Assembly (NCBI GenBank): GCA_009859145.1
Contig: VRVR01000040.1
Location: forward strand, 210,770-274,769
Length of the DNA stretch: 64,000 nt
From: Andalucia godoyi And28
Lineage: Eukaryota; Protista; Jakobida
Direction: 5' to 3'
Shown: piece by piece, positions 1-9,353 of the stretch
Layout: every line of letters begins with the position of its first letter
How positions within the stretch are numbered: position 1 is the first letter of the stretch
Position numbers and translations under genes: made by a program
Notes under the pieces: model-generated
Told to the model about the DNA's origin: nothing
What the model saw: the letters and a program-made list of their open reading frames with translations, nothing else
Database searches by the model: none

Positions 1-607
1 AACCCACTACAGCAGGAACACTGCTGGAAAGTCTATTCTGAATCTGAGGGACCATGGATGATGTCGGTGTGTTTGAGGTTCTCTGCTTGTCGCAAGGATG
101 CATTTCGGAAGAACAGAACGAAAAAGAGAACAAAAGGGAAGAAAGGATGGTTAAAAAGAATGGAGCGGAATTCCCCGATGTTGAAGCTCATGAGGGCTCA
201 AGTGACTCATCTCGGCTCTGTGAATATGAAAGAATGTGAAGCATACAGAAAAGCCCCGGTCGCCCCAGGAAAAAAGAAAAAAGAACCCACTGTAGTGCAT
301 GCAGGCAAAGGCAGCCGTGGCCTTGACGCACGCAGACCTTTCCCTTTCTTCTTTCCTCTCTTCCTTTCCTCTCTTCCTTACCCCTTCTTTCCTTAACCCC
401 CTTCTTCCCTCTCCTTCTTTCTTCTTTTTCCAAAGTTAGAACTACTAAATATATAGTGTGTGTCTTTTTCTTTCCCTCTACCTCTGTCTCTTACGTGTTC
501 TGTGATCCGGATTGCACACCAGGGGAGAAGAAGTTGACCAACGATTACAGCTGCTGAGACTGCCAGGACTAAAACTGCGGCGAGTATCGTTCTTTTTTCC
601 GAGAGCA

Positions 608-1195
608 ATGACGACGACGATGCCTGCAGAGGCACCGGTCAAGGTGTTTTCCGAGTGCTCGATTCAGGATGCATCGGAGAATACAGTGTCGGTGACCTCG
701 CTGCTGACCGATTCTGGAAAGCCGACTGCCGTTGCGCTTGTTCGCCATTTAGGATGAAATATCTGCCTCGCATTTCTTGCAAAATGCAATGCCCGCCACC
801 AAGAGTTCATTGATCGTGGACTCAATTTCTTTGCTGTTGCACCCTCCAAGGCATCCCACGTGAAGGGGTATCTCGAGGATGAGCCAGACACAAAAATCAA
901 GTTGTATGCGGATCCAGACAAGTGCATGTTCAAAGCCCTGGATCTCAAACGCGGATTTTTCGCTACCATGTTTTCAAAAGCAGGCTTCAAGGCGTACGGA
1001 GACGCCAAGAAGGACGGCTTCAAGGCAAAGGGCCTCTATGGAGACGCACTCCAACTCCCAGGATTCTTAATTTCGTCCAAAGGCGGATCAGAATTTGTCT
1101 TTTATCACCGCGGCGAAAGCTCGGGCGACCACGGCGACCTGGACGGCATCTTTGCTGCATACGACGAGTATGCAAAGAACCAAAGCTCCGCATAA
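608..1195 (+). CDS. AhpC/TSA-like (PRXL2/SelU/AAED1-like) selenoprotein with in-frame UGA at 755-757
   Basis: ORFs 512..757 and 860..1195 are in the same frame and separated by a single TGA. Read-through gives VALVRHLG-U-NICLAFL (UxxC, matching the family's RHxGCxxC motif), then LYADPDKCMFKALDLKRG and GDALQLPGFLI...VFYHRGESSGDH. Confidence 0.85.
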
Positions 1196-1210
1196 TCGTT
1201 GTCTGTTGTC

Positions 1211-1256
<46 letters not shown>
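1211..1256. repeat. (TTG)n microsatellite
   Basis: Direct reading of about 15 units. Confidence 0.95.
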
Positions 1257-1257
<1 letters not shown>

Positions 1258-1454
1258 CTTCTTTTCCTGACAAGCGGGAAATGCATCCAGTTGCCATACG
1301 TCGTTGTGTGTGCTTGTATGCATATCTTTTGGATCTGGGATTAAGGACTTCGGGTTATTTGGGATTTGGTTTGGAGTTGGTGAGGATGGATCCATGAGCG
1401 TAGTTTCGAATCACAGAGAAGACGCGGTCTGCTTTTGCTCGAGTTTCTTCTGTG

Positions 1455-1512
1455 TGTTCTGTACGACGTCTGCAGCGAAAATCGTGATCGAGGGCTGCAC
1501 TGACTGAACCGA
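1455..1512 (+). promoter_or_regulatory. Candidate SECIS element (type II-like, non-canonical ACGA core)
   Basis: ACGA (1463-1466), 11 nt, AAAA, mini-stem tcg-tgat-cga, then GA (1502-1503). Helix tgcagc/gctgca and lower stem gttc/gaac. It lies in the presumed 3' UTR of the UGA-containing gene. Confidence 0.4.
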
Positions 1513-2207
1513 CTGTGTTTTCTTCTGTTGTTGAAAAAGAGCCGATCCACGTGGATGCACAAGAGAAATGACATCTGTGGCGGGTGTCTTGTGCAACCAG
1601 TTGGATAATATTTTTTTCTTCTCTCCGGCATTCTTCAATGGAAAAGAAAACACCTTCGAAAACGCAATGGATCCTTCCACTAGCTCTGAAATCATTTCAA
1701 TTATGCCCGTCTTTCTTTCCCATCCTTTCTTCATTAATTAATTTTAATGATGAATAACTTAAATAAAATACACCACAAAAACCCATAACCAACAAAACAA
1801 CAAGCTAGTCCTTTTGTTTTTCTTGTTTTTCCTGTCGAAGGAAGTGCCCCCTGCATTACTAATATATATATGTGTGTGTATAATATTTTTTTGTGCGGGC
1901 CACAAAAGCGAGATAAGAGCAGCACCCCAGAGAACTCCGCAGAGCTGGGAATCGTCCCAGTTTGGAAAAAGGCCGGAATCTCTATTCTCCAATGCAGAAA
2001 TATCGCCGCTCTGGACTTTCTTGAGAATCCAGACTTCCACTTTATTCCAATTGTTGTTGTTCCGCTTTTACTTTCAGCTTTCCTTATTGTTTTAAACTTT
2101 TTTGCGGTTTGATTAACACTATAGTAGGAGAACGGTGAGCAAAAAAGAAAAAAAAGAAAAAGAAAAAAAAGAAAAAAGGATATTAATTAATTACAACAAT
2201 TAAAACA

Positions 2208-2768
2208 ATGTCAGTGGGTATGTGGGTTGTGTGCGCCGTGCTTTTGGTTACGGCGGCTCTGGCGTCTGCGGCGGGGTCGCTGACGAAGCTGAATATCGAG
2301 GCAAACTCGGTGACGGTGTCTGGCATATCGGCCGGTGCGTTTTCTGCGGTACAGTTCCACGTTGCGTATTCGAAGCTTGTGAAGGGTGCTGGTGTGGTTG
2401 CCGGTGGTCCGTTCTATTGTGCACAGGGACAAGTCACGACGGCTCTTACCACCTGCATGGCGGCGCCGGCGATGATCAACGTCGCATCGCTCGAGTCTGC
2501 GGCAAAAGACATGGCAAAGCGTGGTGCGATTGACCCGATCGAGAACATCAAGGGCGCGCCCGTCTTTATCTTTTCGGGTTCTTCAGATACCGTTGTTCAG
2601 CCAGGAGTCGTCAAGGCTAATGCAAAGTGGTACACTGACATGGGCGCAGACGTCCAGACTGAATTTTCCGTATGCCTTCCTCTCTCGCTCTCTCGCTCTC
2701 TCTTTGTCTCTCCCATTCGTCGTTTACTTGGTTTCTCATTACTCATATCGTATCATGCATGTTTCTTG

Positions 2769-2860
<92 letters not shown>

Positions 2861-3418
2861 GTGTGTGTCTCTTTTCTGATTCCGGATTAGATCAATGCGC
2901 AACATTCGCAAGTGACAAACGACTACGGATCAACTTGCCAGTACCTTGGAAAGCCGTTTGTGAACAACTGCAACTTCGACGCAGCAGGCGCAATCTTGAA
3001 TCATGTTTACGGAACTCTGGGCCGTGGATCGCTGGTGGAGGCCAATCTCAAGACGTTTGACCAGTCGACGTACTTCCCGACATACATCGGACTGAACGGT
3101 CTTGGAAGAACCGGATACATCTATATCCCAACTGCATGCTCCCAGGGCGAGTCATGCAAGCTGCACTTTGCGCTGCATGGATGCTCCATGCGGTACTCAG
3201 ACATTGGTGATGCATACGTCTTGCACGGAGGATACAACCAATGGGCAGAAGCTTCCAACATCGTGGTCGTCTATCCCCAGTTCGAAGCAAACATGCTCAA
3301 GTCAAACCCGAATGCCTGCTCAGACTGGTTCGGAACCACCGGGTCAAACTATGCAGAAAAGGGCGGCGTCCAGAACGAGTTCTTCCGAAACATCGTCACC
3401 GCCCTCGCCGGGTTCTAA
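2208..3418 (+). CDS. Secreted poly(3-hydroxybutyrate) depolymerase-like esterase; exons 2208..2669 and 2891..3418
   Basis: Signal peptide, then VTVSGISAGAF (GxSxG), GAGVVAGGPFYCA and LHFALHGC...YNQWAEASNIVVVYPQ. Removing the GTATGC...TTAG intron 2670-2890 gives TEFSINAQHSQVTNDYG in frame. Confidence 0.85.
2774..2858. repeat. (CT)n microsatellite inside intron
   Basis: Direct reading. Confidence 0.95.
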
Positions 3419-3664
3419 CCTTTTTTTTTTTTTGTTGAATTATTTATTTATTTTAAATCCCCGTCTCGTATCCCGCCTCTTTCCCTTTTGTTTTATTCAT
3501 ACTATTATCATTATGATGATGATTGCTTTTTATTTGTTATTCTTGTCACTGGTTTTATTTTGTTTCTTGTTTCTTGTTTTATTGTTTTGCGTTGTCGTAT
3601 TCTGCTACTGCTTGTTGTTGTTCTTTCTTTCCTGCTGTAGTTAGTGGACTACGACTCACAGCTC

Positions 3665-3790
3665 TCCTTTCTCCTTTCTCTTCCTTTCTCTTTCCTTTCT
3701 CCTTTCTCTTCCTTTCTCTTCCTTTCTCTTCCTTTCTCTTCCTTTCTCTTCCTTTCTCTTCCTCTCTTCTCCTCTCTTCCTCTCTTCTCC
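3665..3790. repeat. Imperfect 10-bp tandem repeat (TTCCTTTCTC)n
   Basis: Direct reading; it lies upstream of the FtsH gene. Confidence 0.85.
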
Positions 3791-3854
3791 TCTTTTTTCT
3801 TTTTGTTGTCGGATTTATATCTCCCGTTGTTCTGATTCTTGTTTGTGTGCGTGA

Positions 3855-6131
3855 ATGTTTCGATTATTGAGGGCGCATGGTATCCAGAGTCATGTGCGGA
3901 TAGCAAAGGAGTCGCTCTCTATGTTTTCTGCACCGACGAAACGTGTCGACTCTGTGTTGCTTGTTTCGCGCTCCTTTGCGTCTTTTCTTGGTGGACAAGA
4001 TGCACGATTGAAGAGCTCAGAGGCGCTTGCAAACATGTTTCCAGATAACAGTGCGCAGCAAGCTCGCTATTTGAAGCAACTGCGGTCGGTCGATCCAGAG
4101 TCGGTAGTCAAGCGGTATGAATCGCTCAAGTACGCATCTTCGGCGGATGCATATCAAGAGTATCTGCTGGCATGCGGTGCTTTGGGAATGCTGAATAGGG
4201 CGATTCCAGACTATGGGAGCAATACGTCGGTCTCGAAGCTCACAAGCAGCAGCCACATGAACTATCCGGGAAATGTCGCTACTGCGCAGAACCCAATGAT
4301 GATCGGCAGCAATCCTGCCGCGTTCTCATATCCGCCTCCACCTGCCCCTTCTTTCCAGCAGCAGCAGTATCCATATTCATCATCGCAACAGCCAGTTCAG
4401 CAAAATCAACATCCACAAATGCAAATGAATATGAATCCTGCTGCTGGATATCCGACGTTCACAGCGAACTTTGCGGGTAGCGGCGGAAACCCGCCGAATG
4501 TGCCGGAAGTCGATTTCAGCAAGCCAATCAATGTTGTGTTGGCGGAACCGTCGACGTCATCACAGTTCTGGAGGACAATCAAGATGGCGGTTACGGGAAT
4601 CATTCTTGTTTCTGCAATGGGCGTTTTTGTGGAAGATCGTGCGGGGCTGTCGCGGAACATGTCGTTCAATCCAGAAGCCAACGCACACAAGCCAGTGGAT
4701 GTCCGTTTCGAGGATGTAAAGGGATGTGATGAGTGCAAGAGCGAGGTCATCGAGGTTGTGGACTTCCTCAGAGATCCTGCAAAGTTTACGAGGCTCGGCG
4801 GAAAGCTGCCCAAGGGGTTGTTGCTCGTGGGGCCGCCTGGCACGGGAAAGACGCTGTTGGCGAAGGCGATCGCAGGAGAGGCAGGAGTTCCTTTCTTGTA
4901 TGTCTCGGGTTCGGAGTTTGAGGAGATGTTTGTTGGAGTTGGTGCCAAACGGGTGCGCGAATTGTTCGCGGCTGCAAAGAAGTTTGCACCTTGCATTGTG
5001 TTTATTGATGAAATCGACGCAGTGGGAGCAACAAGAAACCCGCGCGATCAGCAGCACTTGCGAATGACGCTCAACCAGCTTTTGGCCGAAATGGACGGAT
5101 TCAACTCGCAGGAAGGGATCATCGTCATTGGAGCGACCAACTTTGCGCAGGCGTTGGACAAGGCCTTGATTCGTCCGGGTCGATTTGACCGAACGGTTGT
5201 CGTTCCTGCACCCGATGTCAAAGGCAGAGAAGAAATTCTCAAAGTGCATTTCGAGAAGAACAAGGTCCCGCGCGATGCGACTGTCAACTTACAGATGCTT
5301 GCAAGAAATACCCCTGGTTTCTGCGGAGCGGATCTTGCGAATCTGGTCAACATTGCAGCATTGCGCGCTGCACTGAAGAACAAACAGGCGGTTTCCGTGG
5401 AGGAAATCGAGTTTGCCCGAGACCGGATCCTCATGGGCATTGAAAGAAGCTCTTTTAAGCAGTCTCCAGAAGCAAAGCGTCTGACTGCGTATCATGAAGG
5501 CGGACATGCGCTGGTCGCTCTCTTGACCGAGGGTGCTTCTCCGATTCACAAGGCAACCATTGTTCCTCGTGGCCAGGCCCTGGGAATGGTGCAGCAAGTT
5601 CCAAAAGAAGGAGAAGGAGAAGGATACACTCGCAAGCAGATGAGGGCAATGGTGGATGTCTGCATGGGTGGACGTGTTGCGGAGGAACTCATTTTTGGCC
5701 GCGATGAAATTACTACGGGTGCATCATCTGACATTGAGCAGGCGACCCGCATTGCCCGAGAAATGATTACTAGATACGGGATGAGTGACCTGCTAGGTCC
5801 TGTGGATTACGCCCAGAAGGAAGGTTCTGTAATCTCGGAGGAGACCAGGAAGCAGATCGAGGTTGAAGTGCGCGAGATGGTCGCGCAATCCTATGAACGA
5901 GTCCGGAGATTGCTCAAGTCGAATGAAAAGGACCTGCATTCAGTGGCGAAAACATTGCTAGACAGGGAAACTTTGACGGGCGTCGAGATCATGAACCTCG
6001 TCCAAAAGGGACCGCATTACATTGCTTCAAACACAGCAAAACTTGGCTCGGTCCGCGACGCACCGACTGCTCCCCCGGCTGCTCCTGCGAAGCCAGCGCA
6101 AAAGGCAAAATCCAAACTCTTAGAGGCCTAA
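3855..6131 (+). CDS. YME1: Mitochondrial i-AAA metalloprotease (YME1/FtsH4-like)
   Basis: [23 protein letters not shown] (Walker A), [11 protein letters not shown] (Walker B), SRH RPGRFD, HEGGH zinc motif and an N-terminal presequence-like region. Confidence 0.93.
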   Translation: MFRLLRAHGIQSHVRIAKESLSMFSAPTKRVDSVLLVSRSFASFLGGQDARLKSSEALANMFPDNSAQQARYLKQLRSVDPESVVKRYESLKYASSADAYQEYLLACGALGMLNRAIPDYGSNTSVSKLTSSSHMNYPGNVATAQNPMMIGSNPAAFSYPPPPAPSFQQQQYPYSSSQQPVQQNQHPQMQMNMNPAAGYPTFTANFAGSGGNPPNVPEVDFSKPINVVLAEPSTSSQFWRTIKMAVTGIILVSAMGVFVEDRAGLSRNMSFNPEANAHKPVDVRFEDVKGCDECKSEVIEVVDFLRDPAKFTRLGGKLPKGLLLVGPPGTGKTLLAKAIAGEAGVPFLYVSGSEFEEMFVGVGAKRVRELFAAAKKFAPCIVFIDEIDAVGATRNPRDQQHLRMTLNQLLAEMDGFNSQEGIIVIGATNFAQALDKALIRPGRFDRTVVVPAPDVKGREEILKVHFEKNKVPRDATVNLQMLARNTPGFCGADLANLVNIAALRAALKNKQAVSVEEIEFARDRILMGIERSSFKQSPEAKRLTAYHEGGHALVALLTEGASPIHKATIVPRGQALGMVQQVPKEGEGEGYTRKQMRAMVDVCMGGRVAEELIFGRDEITTGASSDIEQATRIAREMITRYGMSDLLGPVDYAQKEGSVISEETRKQIEVEVREMVAQSYERVRRLLKSNEKDLHSVAKTLLDRETLTGVEIMNLVQKGPHYIASNTAKLGSVRDAPTAPPAAPAKPAQKAKSKLLEA

Positions 6132-6293
6132 TTGTAAAATGCAACAACTCGACGAACAATCAAGCCAAACAGGAAAAAAGCCTCCACCACGGGAAGAACA
6201 TCTTTGTGGCTATACGCGTGTTTCTTCTTCTTCTTCTTCTTCTTGTTGTTGTTGTTGTTGTTGTTGTTATTATTATTGTTGTTGTTGCTGCTG

Positions 6294-7004
6294 TTAAAGA
6301 CCGATACCTGTGTAGTGGTACCGTATCATGTCCGTCGGGTACCTCCAGAGACGGAGCTGCTCAGTGGAGCTCAAATCATCTCTGACCTTCACCCATTGAT
6401 TCCAGTCCGCTCCCTCCGAAATCATTCGTCGAATCAACGCACCATCCACTGTCGGTCGCGATTCTCTTGACGCTTCAAATGCGCTTGCCTCTCTCTCCAC
6501 TTCCTGCGACAGTTCCGGATCGTCCGACACGGAGACATCCGGAAACACAACCAATGCGCGCATTGCCCACCACGAGCCGAACGACGGATGCCATGACAGC
6601 CAAGCAGTTTCCACAAAATGCGCCAACCGTGCTTGGTGGGCAAGGCGCAGGAAGTCCAGTCTGGTGTCACTGTGCATGTCGTACACCCACCGGACAGCGG
6701 CAGTGGAGCTGTCTTGGAGACCGACTGCGTGTGCAGCAGCACGCACTTCGTCGAGCGCATCCTGGATGGAGCTACAGCAGTACTCGTCGACTGGGTTGCG
6801 GGACCTTTTCGCTCGCGCGTACTCTGCAAACGACGGCCATGCAGACTTTGTGTTTCCGATTAAGAAACACAGCGCATCGCTCTTGGACACGGACGGGAAG
6901 TTCGGCAACCGTACCCAGTTCGCTGGAAACGCATGGCACACATCCAGTTTGCAGTCCACTTGGAGCTTGCGTCGGAAAATCTGTAGCAAGGTTGACCCAG
7001 ACAT
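6294..7004 (-). CDS. MMACHC/CblC-like cobalamin-processing protein
   Basis: LIGNTKSAW, NPVDEY, LAHQARLAH and WHPSFGSWWAMRALVVF (cf. CblC HPxFGGWFAIRG). A TATAAAA lies about 25 nt upstream of the ATG. Confidence 0.7.
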   Translation of the reverse strand: MSGSTLLQIFRRKLQVDCKLDVCHAFPANWVRLPNFPSVSKSDALCFLIGNTKSAWPSFAEYARAKRSRNPVDEYCCSSIQDALDEVRAAAHAVGLQDSSTAAVRWVYDMHSDTRLDFLRLAHQARLAHFVETAWLSWHPSFGSWWAMRALVVFPDVSVSDDPELSQEVEREASAFEASRESRPTVDGALIRRMISEGADWNQWVKVRDDLSSTEQLRLWRYPTDMIRYHYTGIGL

Positions 7005-7158
7005 GTCGCCGACACTCGTTTCTTTTTATACTCGCGCGGCTGCACAGTGCACGTTGCGGTTGCAGTTGCCCCGAGGTTTCACCAAATTGCTCTCGTGCGA
7101 GCTTGGGCGGGGTAGCGGATGGGTCTCTCCAAAACAACTGCACTCTCTATACTCTGTA

Positions 7159-7277
7159 GGTACGGCCATACTAGAGTGAAAATACCGCATCCCGTCCGAT
7201 TTGCGAAGTCAAGTGCTCTCAGGCTGGAGTAGTACTGAGGTGGGTGACCACTCGGGAATTCCCAGTGCTGTACTTTT
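7159..7277 (+). rRNA. 5S rRNA: 5S ribosomal RNA gene
   Basis: GGTACGGCCATAC...CATCCCGTCCGATTTGCGAAGTCAAG...GGAGTAGTACTGAGGTGGGTGACCACTCGGGAATTCCCAGTGCTGTAC. The terminal helix pairs and is followed by a T6 Pol III terminator. Confidence 0.95.
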
Positions 7278-7458
7278 TTACGACTTTTTGCTTCTGTTGC
7301 AGATTTCAAATGTGGTCGCTCCGCTTTTTGCTGCGTCTGTGGCTTTAGATTTTTTTAAAAATATAATATATATTTAATTTACATTTTAAAGAGTTAGCTT
7401 CAGGTCACTGCGTTCTTTTTCTTCCCAAGCCCTTCAGATATAACCCAAGGAAAAGAAG

Positions 7459-8091
7459 ATGCGTCGAGGTGGTTCTCTGCAGAAAGGGAAGCCGGGGTTC
7501 AAGTACGGTGCATACAAGCTGTTTGTGATATCGCTTGTATACGTCATTATTTCGTTTATTGTGACGATCGTTGCAATGTCCACTCGTGGGTGGCTCTATC
7601 AAAAGCTGGAGACTGGCGAGCTCGACAAGTACACCAACGTCGGTCTAGTGGACTACACGATCGAAACAATGGGTGCTGTGAAGTCTCATTCGTCGCATCT
7701 CATCCGCGACTTGTCCGGAGAAAAGGCATCCGACATGATTTCAGCGTCGCAGCAGACAATGGTGTACCTTGTCTTTGCACTGTTCCCTGCATTGGCGTAC
7801 ATGGTCTTTGCGGGACTGTACATCCGGTCTCTTGGAAACAAGCGGTGGGAAATCCCAATGCTTGTTGCTCTCGCAGTGCACTTTGCATTGATTGTTCTTG
7901 CAGTGATTGTCTATGGGTCGCTGCGACCGCGAGGCCCCACTGTTGTGTTTGCAGGATTCTCGTTCCTGTACTCATACATTATGATGGTTACGAATGCAGT
8001 GTTTCTTGTGCCCTGCATCATCTTCCATGGTTTAGAAATCAGATCGCGGTATTTCGTAGAAAAGAAGCTGGGTTGGCCGTTCCGCATTTAG
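7459..8091 (+). CDS. Four-TM membrane protein (claudin/PMP22-like topology)
   Basis: Four hydrophobic segments; first loop has STRGW...NVGLVDY. Family assignment is tentative. Confidence 0.6.
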   Translation: MRRGGSLQKGKPGFKYGAYKLFVISLVYVIISFIVTIVAMSTRGWLYQKLETGELDKYTNVGLVDYTIETMGAVKSHSSHLIRDLSGEKASDMISASQQTMVYLVFALFPALAYMVFAGLYIRSLGNKRWEIPMLVALAVHFALIVLAVIVYGSLRPRGPTVVFAGFSFLYSYIMMVTNAVFLVPCIIFHGLEIRSRYFVEKKLGWPFRI

Positions 8092-8096
8092 CTTCG

Positions 8097-9026
8097 CTAG
8101 TGGTGCTCAAGATAGGAACAGGCTGTTCTCGATACCTGCGCAATCATCGCCGCCGTTTGGTCCAGAGACGAGAACGGAGACCCGGAGGGGGATAGAGCGC
8201 TTGGTTCGGATGATCGATAGTGGGCTACGAACTCCACGCTCCCGTCTCTTCCAACAATCTCTGGAAACACAATCTCACTCATGGCGAGTTTGGGACCAAC
8301 GATCGCAGAGCAAGTTTCTGTATGTCGGGTAAGTATGGCTTGGAAGAATGCTTCGTCCTGCTTGGGAACGATCCTTTTTCGTTTCCCGGTGTCCAACAGC
8401 TCCAGTTCATATTGCGGCTTCACGAGCATAATCAAATGCTGAAGCGGCACTGCTGCGAGCTGGCCGGACTTGGCAAATGCTCCAAGCAACTTTGAAACGG
8501 AAATAAAAGACACATCGATCGTCGCAATGGTAGTTTTCTCTAGATGATGTGCAGCATCGGCCATTCGCATGTTTCGGAAGTCCGTTCCTTCCTTCACGGT
8601 GACGCGGGGATCGCAGCGGAGCGAAGAGTGCAGCTGTTCGGTCCCCACGTCACATGCAATGACGTGCGAAGCACCTCTGCGCAGCAACTCGTGGGTGAAC
8701 CCTCCGGTGGAAGACCCGATATCGAGACACGTCTGTTCGTGCACATACACCTGGTGCTTGAACATGTCCAGCGATTTGCGGAGCTTGATTGCTGCCCTGG
8801 AGACCGCGCCAAAGCCATATGGCCCTTCGGACACGTCGATCGTCACCCTGGGCCGCAGCAGATTCCAGTCAGCGACCGTGGAGGGAACCAGCTTCGTAGG
8901 AACGCACGCACTTGTTGCATTCGGCGCACATACGTCAAGCACCACCTTGCCGAGTCGAACAAGCTCTGCTGCATGGACTCGCGTGGATGCAAGTCCTAGA
9001 GTGACCAGAAGCTTGTCCAGGCGCAT
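8097..9026 (-). CDS. tlyA: TlyA-like S4 + FtsJ rRNA 2'-O-methyltransferase
   Basis: MRLDKLLVTLGLASTR (S4), VSRAAIKL, LDIGSSTGGFT, DVGTEQL, IDVSFIS and LVKPQYE. Confidence 0.88.
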   Translation of the reverse strand: MRLDKLLVTLGLASTRVHAAELVRLGKVVLDVCAPNATSACVPTKLVPSTVADWNLLRPRVTIDVSEGPYGFGAVSRAAIKLRKSLDMFKHQVYVHEQTCLDIGSSTGGFTHELLRRGASHVIACDVGTEQLHSSLRCDPRVTVKEGTDFRNMRMADAAHHLEKTTIATIDVSFISVSKLLGAFAKSGQLAAVPLQHLIMLVKPQYELELLDTGKRKRIVPKQDEAFFQAILTRHTETCSAIVGPKLAMSEIVFPEIVGRDGSVEFVAHYRSSEPSALSPSGSPFSSLDQTAAMIAQVSRTACSYLEHH

Positions 9027-9353
9027 GCAGTCCTGTTCGCACAATCAAAAAAAAAACCCCCCCTCCCTTCCCCTCTCCAACCTTTTTTAAAAGTTATTAT
9101 TATTTAATTGATATTAGTACATATAGACAAGATAACGAAAAAGATTGAGCGGGGAGGTTGTGTCACTGTGTGTCACCGCGCGTCAGTCCACAAAAAAGGA
9201 ATTGCTGTTGCACCTGTTCCGGTTTTATTTTCCGCCACGCTCTTGCCTCTTTCCTTTGGGTTTACTTCTCTCTTTTACTTACGATTCTTCCTATACACTT
9301 TCATCCCCCCTTCTTTTAAAATTGTCCGAGAGGGCCTCAGCGGGTTTATTGCC

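Noticed and set aside
1-103. Minus-strand ORF start running off the left edge
   Set aside because: Only 34 codons are visible, too little to support a call.
1105-2112. Short ORFs on both strands downstream of the selenoprotein gene (e.g. 1759..2040 minus, 1870..2112 plus)
   Set aside because: They run through microsatellite or AT-rich DNA, have no recognisable motif and give no consistent splice model.
7061-7142. Minus-strand resemblance to glycine or cobalamin riboswitch words (GGAGAGACC, GAGCAA, GGTGAAACC, GCAACTG) upstream of a cobalamin-processing gene
   Set aside because: Key conserved blocks (GCCGAAG, CTCTCAGG, B12-box CCCGC) are not intact, and the element lies upstream of the gene's TATA box, so it is probably not in the mRNA. 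Kept only as an unexplained structure.
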